Below the pieces are notes generated by a model. It saw only the letters and a program-made list of their open reading frames with translations. It was not told the origin of the DNA and did no database searches. Below, one piece after another: positions 50,823 to 60,545 of a DNA stretch of 64,000 nucleotides. A program made the position numbers and the translations under genes. Source of the DNA: an uncultured Armatimonadetes bacterium (GTDB lineage Bacteria; Armatimonadota; UBA5829; DTJY01); the NCBI GenBank assembly GCA_963717145.1, contig OY970325.1:3552001-3616000 (forward strand), read 5' to 3'. The number at the start of each line of letters is the position of its first letter. Positions within the stretch are counted from its first letter, which is position 1.

Positions 50823-52289
50823 GTAACAGTTCACGCTTGGGGATAACGAGTTTGATCAGGCAGGGAAGAGGACAGACTTGCCTGCGAGCAGTTGCCTGCA
50901 TGATTCGAGCATGTCCAGACCCCTGACGTGCCATGTGCCAAACAGACTCATGAGCGTCATCTTTGTCTCGGAACCCTTCGCGCTTCGTGTGCCTCCGCAT
51001 ACCTTGCGGGCGATCACACACGGCCTCAGCGCTCGTTCTGCGCCATTGTTGTCCGACGGTACTTCCGGGTACTCTACGAACATGAACAACTCGTGCAAGC
51101 GATCTATGAATCTCTTTGCCAGCGTCTGCTGTGGAGCATCTGAGCCGACATACGGACCTGAGAGCGCCTCTACCTCTTCCTCGAAGAGTACTCGCTTCCA
51201 CTTGCGAACCTCCGCCTTCTTGCTCCGGAACTCCTTTGCCCGATCGTAAACACCCTTCACCGCATCCGCCCATGCGATGACGCCCGTGTCGTCCGCGTTC
51301 CTCTCCTTCAGTTTGTGCAGATCCCTGGCCAGATGTGCCCAGCATATCTGGCGGTCTGCAACTACCGGGTTGTATCCGGCATAGCAATCCGTTACCACTA
51401 CCCCTTCGTAGTCGCCGCCTATCGTTTCCTTCGGGATCTCTCCACTCCGACTCCGCCGGTAGATGAAGTAGCGCACGTTCTTAGTGGAGAAGGTCCAGAT
51501 GTATCCGTTCAGCCCATCCTCTCTCCAGCCCGTCTCGTCTGCGTTTATGTATGGGCTTCCACGTACAAGCGAGAGTAGCCGCTCTTTCTCTTTTTTGCCA
51601 CAGTCTGCCACCGTGTGCAATATCTCGCTTATCTCTCCCACAGAGAGCCGAAGACCATACAGAGCCTTCAGCAATCCCTGTATCGTTCGCTTTGTCATGC
51701 GACCTACCGTCGAAAGATACGATATCAGGCTCATCAGGTTCACGCCTACCCGATGCTTGCCTACAACCTGGCCGGAAAGGTCAACCTTCGGCACATGACT
51801 CTTGCCACAGTATCCGCATCTTCTGGCGATGAACCTGTGCTCGACTACGTCCACAGGCACGATGGGGATGTCGATGACTTGGCGGAGTCTCTTTACCGTG
51901 CCCCCTGTGAGCGCTCGGCCGCAGTCCGGACACTTCGAGTGCGCGTGCTCGACTACACGGGTGGGTGTCTCCCGCCTGCGCACGAACGACTTCTTGCGCT
52001 TCTTTCGTTCAGCTGCCCGGCGCTCTTTGCGGTTCGGCTTCACCCAGTCAGGCACGGATGGGGAACTGCCATCACCGCCGGAAAGCCTGGCGCGAAGGTC
52101 TTCGTTCTCCTTCTCCAGGTCGCCGATACGCGCCACGAGTTGGGGAACTAGACCTTCCAACTGGCTGACCCTGGCCTCAAGCTCCTCGTATGTCGGCTTG
52201 GATTGCTCGCTCACACTCCTTGGTTCGAGACGCTCCCAGCAGGTTCCTTCTTCTTACAGACAAAATAATCCCTAAGCCTGAACTGTTAC
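50823..52289 (-). mobile_element. IS66-family element, single-ORF (ISBst12-like) type
   Basis: GTAACAGTTCA/TGAACTGTTAC IRs with 8-bp duplication GAGCTTTG. Confidence 0.93.
50856..52214 (-). CDS. IS66 transposase TnpC
   Basis: Coiled-coil, CPDCG Zn finger, ADETGW, QICWAHLAR and DNNGAERALR motifs. Confidence 0.94.
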   Translation of the reverse strand: MSEQSKPTYEELEARVSQLEGLVPQLVARIGDLEKENEDLRARLSGGDGSSPSVPDWVKPNRKERRAAERKKRKKSFVRRRETPTRVVEHAHSKCPDCGRALTGGTVKRLRQVIDIPIVPVDVVEHRFIARRCGYCGKSHVPKVDLSGQVVGKHRVGVNLMSLISYLSTVGRMTKRTIQGLLKALYGLRLSVGEISEILHTVADCGKKEKERLLSLVRGSPYINADETGWREDGLNGYIWTFSTKNVRYFIYRRSRSGEIPKETIGGDYEGVVVTDCYAGYNPVVADRQICWAHLARDLHKLKERNADDTGVIAWADAVKGVYDRAKEFRSKKAEVRKWKRVLFEEEVEALSGPYVGSDAPQQTLAKRFIDRLHELFMFVEYPEVPSDNNGAERALRPCVIARKVCGGTRSAKGSETKMTLMSLFGTWHVRGLDMLESCRQLLAGKSVLFPA

Positions 52290-53536
52290 GAGCTTTGCTC
52301 TCTGGCGATCTGCGGCGGATTGCTTTGCCGGATCAAGGCAGGAAGGCGCCGTCGGCTCTTTGCCATGACGTTGTCTGTCAGGCGGTATATAAGCGTCGAT
52401 CCCTTGCTGCTCGACCATCTCTATGTTGTCGCTGCTGAAGTATCCGGCATCGGCGGATACTTCTTCCGGTTTCTTTCCGGTGTTCTCCTTGATTGCCTCG
52501 ATCATGTCACTAAGATGCGGTGAGTCCGCTGCCTGGTTCGTGAGATCACACGCCACTACAATCTGATGATCTGCGTCTACCGCAGCTTGTCCGTTGTATG
52601 CCTGCACGAAGGCTTTCTTTGCGTCCTTCATTATCCGGCTTTCCGGGTCTGTGAAGTTCCGCTGTGCCTTCCCTTCCGGCTCTGTCTTTACGGGCCCCGG
52701 CTCTCTGCCGCGAGGCTTCTTCCCGGATGCTTCCTGCTCCGCCTTCTCTTGGGCTCGCATCGCTTCTTCGGCTGATGCTCGCTCTTTGGCCTCGCGCTCC
52801 AGCGCTTCTTTTGCTTCCCTGATCTTGGCGAGCCGCTTCTCTCTGGTTGCGAGTTCCTCCGGGAGTTCGTCTCCTCGGCGGTCAAGACCATATTCCGCGT
52901 CTTCCTGGTCGTCCACAGAAAGACCCTTCGCAAGGAGCGCCTCGATCTCAGCCTGAAGCTCTTTTTCTTTCTCGACCATCCGAGAGTAGCTCATGGCGGA
53001 GTGCTTGCTTGCGTTGGCAAGCAGCTTTGTTCCGTCTATGGCTATGTGTTTCATCGACACAAGCCCGGCGCTTGCGCATAGCCTGAGCACTTGCACAAAC
53101 AGGTCCGCAAGGGACTTGAGATGCCTCTTCCTGAACTCGCTTATCGTGCGGAAGTCGGGATGATTTCCTGCCGCAAGCACCCGGAAGGCTACATCTTCAT
53201 ACGTGGCCAGGGAGAGCTTTCGAGATGAATACACTCCCCGGCACAAACCGTAGAATATGATCTTTGTAAGCATTGCCGGATGGAACGGCGGCGCTCCTCG
53301 GGCCTCTTTCTCGTATGAGGCGTATATCGCGGAAAGGTCGAGACTGTCTACGACATCGCTCACAAAGTATGCGAGATGTCCCTCGGGCAGCCACTCCGAC
53401 ATCAAGGGCGGCAACAGCAATATCTGGTCAGGTTGATAAGGAAGGTATGGCTTGCTCATACCCGTATTTTACTACATACCTGGCACCTTGCGCCAGAGGT
53501 TATTTCATGGACAGGCTGCTAGCCGGTAGGTATACC

Positions 53537-53552
53537 TGCAAGAATCATGCCA
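53537..53552 (-). promoter_or_regulatory. Sigma54 (-24/-12) promoter originally upstream of PEP-CTERM gene
   Basis: TGGCATGATTCTTGCA pointing at the IS1182 end 18 bp away. Confidence 0.75.
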
Positions 53553-53943
53553 ATCGGGCGCGATTATCTGGAAAGAGAATCTCGACAGCACGTTTACCGT
53601 ACCTCACTGCCGGGTATCCTTCCTCTGCAAGACCAAAAACTGAATACTGATTTGCCAGGCTAAACCACGAGCCTCCCAGTTTGAACCTCGTTGGAAACGA
53701 CGCTGGAACTGACTGCGAGGAGGTTGTCCGTAGGAAACCCTAACCTTCATTTGGTGGTAACATCTTATTGGGGCGGTAAGGAGACCGAAGGGCACGTCGT
53801 GATACGATAACGCCGTCACCTGCCTACGCGATTGCATCAAGAGGCAAGGGGTGTCGTGTAAGTTAAACGGCGAACGAGCTAAGGCCTGGCATTTTTGCGT
53901 GTCTATCCCAGTGGGAGTTCGCGATTGTTGATAGTTGCGCTGC

Positions 53944-53982
53944 GCGGATGTCATTCTTCACTGCGTTCAGAATGACATCCGC
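53944..53982. repeat. Short REP-like palindrome, same family as 10488-10566
   Basis: GCGGATGTCATTCT...AGAATGACATCCGC. Confidence 0.75.
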
Positions 53983-54008
53983 TATCCTTGATCGCGAACT
54001 CGTACCCC

Positions 54009-55441
54009 GGGTGCATTCGCGTTGAGTGGGTAGCAAGTAAGGAAGGAGTCTCCTGTAATAGTCGGTAACGGTTTGTTGAAGGACAAACATTCCGAAAGGA
54101 GACTCCCAGAGAATGCTTACACTTTTGCACACAGACTCCCTCCTTCAGGCCGCTCGCGACTTTGCGCGCAGCTACATCGATTGCACGGACTTAGGGTCAG
54201 CCGAGGAGCGTATTCAGATCCTGGCGCGTCAGATTGCCGGCGCAATGATGAGTGAGGTTGCCGCCAAGATGAGCGGAAAGCCCACCTACAAGGGTGTTGG
54301 GATAGAATGCGAATGCGGCAGACTGGCCAGGTTCAAGGGATACCGGAAACGCTTCATTCGGACTTTGCACGGAGACATAGAGGTCGAGAGGTCATACTAC
54401 CGTTGCGACCATTGCAGGCGGGGCTACATTCCATGGGACCGCGAGCAGGGGCTGTCCGAGAGAGTATGGACCGCCAGAGTGAAGGAACTCACCGCCTCGA
54501 TCTGCGCCGCGCTTCCATATGAAGCAGCCGCAAGGCTGATCGAGCGAACCACGGGTATTGCGATCGAAGAGAGCAGCGAAGAAGAGATAGTCCGGGATGT
54601 TGGGGAATGCCTCCGCCGAGAGGAGCAGGAAGCGATCATCTCTGTGGTAGACACAGGTGAAGAGGTCTCCTGCGAGGCGACGCCACAGAGGCTCTACATT
54701 GGCATAGACGCGGCCAAAGCGCACACCGATGGCCAGTGGCATGACATCAAGACCATGGTGGTATACGAAGGCGTTCCGGCTGCAGGCAAAGACACGGATA
54801 CCGTCACCAACTCGCGCTACATAGCGGCGCAAGAGACGAGCGACGAGTTCGGGAGACGGGTATACACCAGAGCACTGCAAGCCGGCTATGACGGGGCAAA
54901 AGAGCGTATAGTGATCGCCGACGGCGCAGACTGGATATGGAGAGAGGTCAGGAATCATCTGCCGGAGAGCATCAAGATCATCGACTACTGGCATGCCTGT
55001 GAGCACATATACGGCTTGGCGCGGACACTCTACGGAGAGGGGAATCCCAAAGGGAAGCGCTGGGCAAACGAACACTGCCGGAAGCTTAAAGAGAAGGGGC
55101 CGGGGAGTCTGCTTAGAGCCATGAAGCGGCGCAGAGCACGAAACGATTCTGAGAGGGAAGCGCTTCGGATCGAGACAGGCTACTTCAGAAAGTACCGCAA
55201 GTACATGAACTACCCGGCATACAGGGCCAAGGGGATGATGATAGGCAGCGGTCCGGTGGAAGCGGCGTGCAAGGTGATAGTAGGCCAGAGGTTAAAGCAA
55301 GCCGGGATGCGATGGACGAAGGACGGCGCAGATGCAGTGCTCGCGGTGAGAACTGCCCTCCTAAGCGGCGAACTGGCTCGGATCGAGCACGCAGCACGTG
55401 CCGCCTGAGCCGTGCTCTACCCACTCTGAGGAATTCCACCC
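54009..55441 (+). mobile_element. ISKra4/ISLre2-like (Mutator-type) element, 1433 bp
   Basis: GGGTG...GAGTGGGTAG IRs; flanking duplication CTCGTACCCC; second copy with identical transposase at 59113-60545. Confidence 0.9.
54113..55408 (+). CDS. ISKra4-family (UPF0236-like) transposase
   Basis: CECG/CDHC, ADGADWIW, IDYWHACEH and IGSGPVEAACK motifs. Confidence 0.9.
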   Translation: MLTLLHTDSLLQAARDFARSYIDCTDLGSAEERIQILARQIAGAMMSEVAAKMSGKPTYKGVGIECECGRLARFKGYRKRFIRTLHGDIEVERSYYRCDHCRRGYIPWDREQGLSERVWTARVKELTASICAALPYEAAARLIERTTGIAIEESSEEEIVRDVGECLRREEQEAIISVVDTGEEVSCEATPQRLYIGIDAAKAHTDGQWHDIKTMVVYEGVPAAGKDTDTVTNSRYIAAQETSDEFGRRVYTRALQAGYDGAKERIVIADGADWIWREVRNHLPESIKIIDYWHACEHIYGLARTLYGEGNPKGKRWANEHCRKLKEKGPGSLLRAMKRRRARNDSEREALRIETGYFRKYRKYMNYPAYRAKGMMIGSGPVEAACKVIVGQRLKQAGMRWTKDGADAVLAVRTALLSGELARIEHAARAA

Positions 55442-55458
55442 CTCGTACCCCGCCCGCC

Positions 55459-55487
55459 TTGCTCCGAAGCATTCTTTCCTGTAAACT
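55459..55487 (+). promoter_or_regulatory. Sigma70-like promoter upstream of ECF sigma gene
   Basis: TTGCTC-N17-TAAACT. Confidence 0.55.
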
Positions 55488-55542
55488 GTATCCACTCTTC
55501 ACCGATCTTGTTAACTTTCCGAGCACCCGGACGTATACATTT

Positions 55543-56163
55543 ATGATGCAGACGGCGACGAATCGGGCAAGTGAGACGGACGAGGAACTGATGGAGCGGT
55601 TCCAAGCCGGAGACACCGCCGCTATGGAGGTTCTCTTCGGCCGCTTCCAAAAGCCCTTGTTCAATTTCTTCTTCCGGATGGTGGCGCGCCGCGAGACTGC
55701 GGAGGACCTGGTTCAGGAGACCTTCATCAAGGTCTGCCGATTCGGACATACCTTCCGCGGCTCGGAGGCAAAATTTACCACCTGGCTGTATTCGGTCGCC
55801 GGAAATCAGTGCCGCGATCATCTGCGGTATACGGCGCGTCGCCCGGAGACGAGTATGGTCGAAATGGGCGAGATGGAAGAGGATTTCCTGGAAAATCACG
55901 TATCAGACCCGACCTCGCAGACAGGGAGTTCGTCCGTGGAGGACCACCTGCTCCGTATGGAAGTGCAGTCCATCCTCAAACAGGCCGTGAGATCCCTGCC
56001 GGAGAAGGAACGGACCGCCATCATCCTGCGCGAGTATCAGGGTCTGGAGTATAAGGAGATCGCAGAAGTGCTCGGCTGCCCGATCGGGAGCGTGAAGGTG
56101 TTGATCTTCCGCGCCCGACAGAGGCTCCGCGAGCGACTCCAGGATCTGGAGTTGGCAGTGTAG
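55543..56163 (+). CDS. ECF-subfamily RNA polymerase sigma factor
   Basis: AEDLVQETF and FTTWLY (region 2); LEYKEIAEVLGCPIGSVKVLIFRAR (region 4). Confidence 0.95.
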   Translation: MMQTATNRASETDEELMERFQAGDTAAMEVLFGRFQKPLFNFFFRMVARRETAEDLVQETFIKVCRFGHTFRGSEAKFTTWLYSVAGNQCRDHLRYTARRPETSMVEMGEMEEDFLENHVSDPTSQTGSSSVEDHLLRMEVQSILKQAVRSLPEKERTAIILREYQGLEYKEIAEVLGCPIGSVKVLIFRARQRLRERLQDLELAV

Positions 56164-56204
56164 ACCCATTGAGCTGTGGTCTGCAGTCCGAAAGAGGTAT
56201 GACC

Positions 56205-57065
56205 ATGAACTGTAAGAACGCAAAGATATTGATATCCGCCTCGGTGGACGGCGAGCTTTCCCAGCGGGAACAACGCCGCCTTCAAGAGCATGTCTGCCGG
56301 TGCGCTGAGTGCGCCACTGAACAGGCGCAGGTGTCGAACCTGCGCGACGTGATGGCCGTCTGGGCCGACGAAGAGCCGTCCGACTGGCTGGCTCAGAACT
56401 TCGCGTGCAGGCTCGAAGACGAGATGGCCCGCAAGCCCGCTCGCCGAATCCGCAATCGGAGGAGGATCTTCGGCACGGCCGTCGCCGGGTTCGCAACCGC
56501 GCTGCTGGCGTTCGGCTTCATAATGCACAGCCAGTTCGTGCCGCAGCAGCCCGTTCCGCCCCCCGCCGGGAATGCACAGCCGGCGAATCCGGTGGAGCAG
56601 CCCAGCGGTGACGACAGGATCGTGGTGAATCCGACCACCGATCAGCCCGATAAGCCCGTCGTGGTCGCAGTCCCGCGCACGACGACTCCGGCGCATCCCG
56701 TCACGGTGCGTCCTCCCAAGCGTACTGTCACCGGGCCGAGAATCACTCAGCCGGATCGGACTCCGACCGCCGACACGACACGTGCGAATCCCGGGCCGGC
56801 GCCGCTCAGCAGCCGGATCGCCGCAGCAGGGTTGACTCGCAACACCAGGCCGACCCTCTCCGGCAGAGGGTCCACGGGCAAAGACGCTGAGGTCAAACGC
56901 ATGGTCTTGCACAACATCATGCTCGCCAGCAATACCGAGGGCAATACCCAGTCCGCGGTCACCGATCGCATTGCACACGCCGATCTGGCCATGAACAAAT
57001 CCGTCGAGGAAGTGCGCGGCGTCCTCCGCAAGGCGGTCGACGTCCTGGCGCGCGCCGATAACTAA
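56205..57065 (+). CDS. Zinc-binding (zf-HC2/ZAS) anti-sigma factor
   Basis: HVCRCAEC motif, single TM, Pro/Thr-rich extracytoplasmic tail. Confidence 0.9.
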   Translation: MNCKNAKILISASVDGELSQREQRRLQEHVCRCAECATEQAQVSNLRDVMAVWADEEPSDWLAQNFACRLEDEMARKPARRIRNRRRIFGTAVAGFATALLAFGFIMHSQFVPQQPVPPPAGNAQPANPVEQPSGDDRIVVNPTTDQPDKPVVVAVPRTTTPAHPVTVRPPKRTVTGPRITQPDRTPTADTTRANPGPAPLSSRIAAAGLTRNTRPTLSGRGSTGKDAEVKRMVLHNIMLASNTEGNTQSAVTDRIAHADLAMNKSVEEVRGVLRKAVDVLARADN

Positions 57066-57117
57066 GATGAACCGATCACGAGTTTCTGAAGCACCGACTG
57101 CTAAGGAGGGATACGAT

Positions 57118-58359
57118 ATGCGCTCAAAGTACACACAACACGCGGTAACTCGCTTCACATTGGCTCTGACAACACTGGTGGCGGTCACACTGCTGCTGGC
57201 CTCGCTGTCATCCGCCGCGACCCAGAAGAAGGGCCTGCTCGATGAACTCGGACTCCCGATGCTGTCGGGTGCGAAACTCCTCGACGAGGTCAATATCCCT
57301 CCCGGCAAGCTGCTCGACGAGTTGGCCAAGGAGATCAACGGGCAGCTCGGCATGGTCGAGCTGAAGCAGTTGAGCACCCTAACATTGTCGATCGACAAGA
57401 CGCCCGAGGAGGTGTTCAAGTTCTACGAGCCGGCGCTCGACAAGCAGCAGTGGAAGGTTCTGGCCCGCGCCGTGGACCGCAAGCCTGAGGGCGACGGCAT
57501 CGGCCTCTTCTTCAACGATAAGAAGGGGCTTCTGGTAATGGTTGTCTCGGGATCCGATTCGGAAGACGGCGAGATGACGTTCATCCGCATGCAGGGCAAG
57601 ATCGACACGTCCAAGTTCGGCACGAGCGACAAAGAGATGTCGGACGAACTGAAAAAGATGCTCGGTGCTGCACTGCCCGATAATGGCAATCTCGGCATGG
57701 GAAGAGCCGCCCCCATCCCGATCGGCCGGCCGATCTCCGTTCCTCCTTCGGAGAAGCTGGTCATCAAGACGACCAAGTCCGACATAACCGCCACGATATT
57801 CAACCAAAAGACTGTGGAGATCCGCCTCACTCGAAAAGCCACCGACCCCGGCGAACTCGTTCGCGTGGACGACCTGCTCGTGCTCTCCCTGACGCCGAAG
57901 CTCCCGGTCGATGAGATCGACCTCCCCGGCGCGGTTCCGGTCGCATTCGACCTCACCGACGGCTCCCTGACACTCACATCCGGCCCGAAACCCGGCGACA
58001 AGCCGGTCCACCTGAGCATCGTTTCGACCAGCGCAGCAGTCACCGTGGAGGATTTCCCGCTCCTGTCCGGCACGCACATGGTGAAGATCGTCGACGCGGA
58101 GTTGAGCATCACGTTCAAGAAGGTTCAGGCCGGCGATATGGTGATCAGTTCGACCGGCGATGACGTGACGATCACCCTGCCGAAAGACGCGTCGGTGAAG
58201 GTCGATGTAGATGTAGTGGAGGGGAAGATCCAGAAGCAGATCGCGGCTGAGATGCAGAAGGACGACCCCGATCACGTAGTCTTCCAGTTGGGCGCTGGGA
58301 AGGCTCAGATCGCCATCCACGCGGTCAAGGGCAACGTCATCATCAAGTCCGCAGAGTAG
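57118..58359 (+). CDS. Secreted hypothetical protein with adhesin/DUF4097-like C-terminus
   Basis: AAGGAGG RBS, signal peptide, beta-rich C-terminus ending KGNVIIK. Confidence 0.7.
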   Translation: MRSKYTQHAVTRFTLALTTLVAVTLLLASLSSAATQKKGLLDELGLPMLSGAKLLDEVNIPPGKLLDELAKEINGQLGMVELKQLSTLTLSIDKTPEEVFKFYEPALDKQQWKVLARAVDRKPEGDGIGLFFNDKKGLLVMVVSGSDSEDGEMTFIRMQGKIDTSKFGTSDKEMSDELKKMLGAALPDNGNLGMGRAAPIPIGRPISVPPSEKLVIKTTKSDITATIFNQKTVEIRLTRKATDPGELVRVDDLLVLSLTPKLPVDEIDLPGAVPVAFDLTDGSLTLTSGPKPGDKPVHLSIVSTSAAVTVEDFPLLSGTHMVKIVDAELSITFKKVQAGDMVISSTGDDVTITLPKDASVKVDVDVVEGKIQKQIAAEMQKDDPDHVVFQLGAGKAQIAIHAVKGNVIIKSAE

Positions 58360-58360
58360 A

Positions 58361-58431
58361 GGAATGGTTGATGGCTGATGGTTAATGGTTCATGGGCAGA
58401 TGGCGGACGGGAAATGGCTGATGGTTCATGG
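58361..58431. repeat. Left (ATGGTTG)n arm of heptamer cassette
   Basis: ATGGTTGATGGCTGATGGTTAATGGTTCATGG...ATGGCTGATGGTTCATGG. Confidence 0.9.
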
Positions 58432-58432
58432 G

Positions 58433-58924
58433 CTATGGTCGGTGGTCTGCGGGATCGCAGTTGAGTAGCTCCTCACCGGGAGCTACCACGTAGTCGAACC
58501 CTTCCTCCCTGACTGCACACGAGGCTGGTTTCGCTTTACCTCGCTCCTCTATCTTGCGCTCGATGCTCCCGATGAGATTCGCGAGTTGCGCGAGAGCGGC
58601 ATCGTAATCAGAAATCACTTTCTTGGCCTCGGATTCGCCTAACCGGCCGACACCGATGCCATACCGGATATGGGTGATAGTCTCGCGAGCTTCTCGTCGA
58701 CAGCGATAGAGCGCCTGCACGTACTCGGTGCTATACTGGGAGTAGAATCCTTCCGTCAGATTGGCGCACACCGACTCGGAAGAGCGCAGCACCTGAGTCC
58801 TCAGCCACCGGAAATCCATCCCGAGTCCTCCGGATAGCTCCTCAACCTGAAGCGCCAGGGCAAAGAACTCCTGGTACACAGGCATATCCTCAACCTGCCG
58901 AATGCCGCTCACTGCTTCCCCCAT
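58433..58924 (-). CDS. Four helix bundle protein (TIGR02436/23S rRNA IVP/Avd-like fold)
   Basis: EDMPVYQ, LRTQVLRSSESVCANLTEG and ALYRCRREARET signature. Confidence 0.85.
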   Translation of the reverse strand: MGEAVSGIRQVEDMPVYQEFFALALQVEELSGGLGMDFRWLRTQVLRSSESVCANLTEGFYSQYSTEYVQALYRCRREARETITHIRYGIGVGRLGESEAKKVISDYDAALAQLANLIGSIERKIEERGKAKPASCAVREEGFDYVVAPGEELLNCDPADHRP

Positions 58925-58956
58925 TCCCCATCAACCATCAACCATCAACCATCAAC
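58921..58956. repeat. Right (CAACCAT)n arm of heptamer cassette, continues at 61471-61490 after IS481
   Basis: CCATCAACCATCAACCATCAACCATCAAC | IS481 | ATTAACCATCAACCATTCCC. Confidence 0.9.
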
Positions 58957-59112
58957 TGTCCAGTCTCATGACATTATGAACACCGTGGGTTGAAAAGAAG
59001 GAGGTGCATGCGGTAGTCTCTTTGATGATCGCCAAACCAAAAAAGGAGACCACTCGCATGCAGATCCATTCTAACGCAACCAGCAATATGAAGCAACGGC
59101 GGTTTTTCAGGC

Positions 59113-60545
59113 GGGTGGAATTCCTCAGAGTGGGTAGAGCACGGCTCAGGCGGCACGTGCTGCGTGCTCGATCCGAGCCAGTTCGCCGCTTAGGAGGGCA
59201 GTTCTCACCGCGAGCACTGCATCTGCGCCGTCCTTCGTCCATCGCATCCCGGCTTGCTTTAACCTCTGGCCTACTATCACCTTGCACGCCGCTTCCACCG
59301 GACCGCTGCCTATCATCATCCCCTTGGCCCTGTATGCCGGGTAGTTCATGTACTTGCGGTACTTTCTGAAGTAGCCTGTCTCGATCCGAAGCGCTTCCCT
59401 CTCAGAATCGTTTCGTGCTCTGCGCCGCTTCATGGCTCTAAGCAGACTCCCCGGCCCCTTCTCTTTAAGCTTCCGGCAGTGTTCGTTTGCCCAGCGCTTC
59501 CCTTTGGGATTCCCCTCTCCGTAGAGTGTCCGCGCCAAGCCGTATATGTGCTCACAGGCATGCCAGTAGTCGATGATCTTGATGCTCTCCGGCAGATGAT
59601 TCCTGACCTCTCTCCATATCCAGTCTGCGCCGTCGGCGATCACTATACGCTCTTTTGCCCCGTCATAGCCGGCTTGCAGTGCTCTGGTGTATACCCGTCT
59701 CCCGAACTCGTCGCTCGTCTCTTGCGCCGCTATGTAGCGCGAGTTGGTGACGGTATCCGTGTCTTTGCCTGCAGCCGGAACGCCTTCGTATACCACCATG
59801 GTCTTGATGTCATGCCACTGGCCATCGGTGTGCGCTTTGGCCGCGTCTATGCCAATGTAGAGCCTCTGTGGCGTCGCCTCGCAGGAGACCTCTTCACCTG
59901 TGTCTACCACAGAGATGATCGCTTCCTGCTCCTCTCGGCGGAGGCATTCCCCAACATCCCGGACTATCTCTTCTTCGCTGCTCTCTTCGATCGCAATACC
60001 CGTGGTTCGCTCGATCAGCCTTGCGGCTGCTTCATATGGAAGCGCGGCGCAGATCGAGGCGGTGAGTTCCTTCACTCTGGCGGTCCATACTCTCTCGGAC
60101 AGCCCCTGCTCGCGGTCCCATGGAATGTAGCCCCGCCTGCAATGGTCGCAACGGTAGTATGACCTCTCGACCTCTATGTCTCCGTGCAAAGTCCGAATGA
60201 AGCGTTTCCGGTATCCCTTGAACCTGGCCAGTCTGCCGCATTCGCATTCTATCCCAACACCCTTGTAGGTGGGCTTTCCGCTCATCTTGGCGGCAACCTC
60301 ACTCATCATTGCGCCGGCAATCTGACGCGCCAGGATCTGAATACGCTCCTCGGCTGACCCTAAGTCCGTGCAATCGATGTAGCTGCGCGCAAAGTCGCGA
60401 GCGGCCTGAAGGAGGGAGTCTGTGTGCAAAAGTGTAAGCATTCTCTGGGAGTCTCCTTTCGGAATGTTTGTCCTTCAACAAACCGTTACCGACTATTACA
60501 GGAGACTCCTTCCTTACTTGCTACCCACTCAACGCGAATGCACCC
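59113..60545 (-). mobile_element. ISKra4/ISLre2-like element, second copy
   Basis: Same IRs; 9-bp duplication TTTTCAGGC. Confidence 0.92.
59146..60441 (-). CDS. ISKra4-family transposase (identical to 54113-55408)
   Basis: Identical translation. Confidence 0.9.
   Translation of the reverse strand: MLTLLHTDSLLQAARDFARSYIDCTDLGSAEERIQILARQIAGAMMSEVAAKMSGKPTYKGVGIECECGRLARFKGYRKRFIRTLHGDIEVERSYYRCDHCRRGYIPWDREQGLSERVWTARVKELTASICAALPYEAAARLIERTTGIAIEESSEEEIVRDVGECLRREEQEAIISVVDTGEEVSCEATPQRLYIGIDAAKAHTDGQWHDIKTMVVYEGVPAAGKDTDTVTNSRYIAAQETSDEFGRRVYTRALQAGYDGAKERIVIADGADWIWREVRNHLPESIKIIDYWHACEHIYGLARTLYGEGNPKGKRWANEHCRKLKEKGPGSLLRAMKRRRARNDSEREALRIETGYFRKYRKYMNYPAYRAKGMMIGSGPVEAACKVIVGQRLKQAGMRWTKDGADAVLAVRTALLSGELARIEHAARAA

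Larger units (their letters stand above)
50608..53459 (-). pseudogene. IS1182 transposase split by IS66 insertion
   Basis: EWLPEGHLAYFV, IDGTK, TDPESRIM, ADAGY and VEPVFG motifs. Confidence 0.88.
50456..53518 (-). mobile_element. IS1182-family element interrupted by IS66
   Basis: CAGCCTGTC/GACAGGCTG IRs flanked by CTAG duplication; transposase N-part 52290-53459, C-part (RRKETVEPVFGQIK) 50608-50822. Confidence 0.92.

Noticed and set aside
53870-53940. c-di-GMP-I riboswitch-like words (ACGCAAA...GGCCT) on the minus strand
   Set aside because: GNRA/P2 architecture not recognisable; would need an Infernal hit
58433-58924. Diversity-generating retroelement (Avd-like gene)
   Set aside because: No reverse transcriptase and no TR/VR pair with adenine-specific mismatches seen; the bcp repeat mismatches are mostly synonymous and not A-specific
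45287-58956. Inversion between the two inverted IS481 copies explaining imperfect target duplications
   Set aside because: Swapped flanks do not match as reverse complements, and capsid operon gene order is continuous across copy 1
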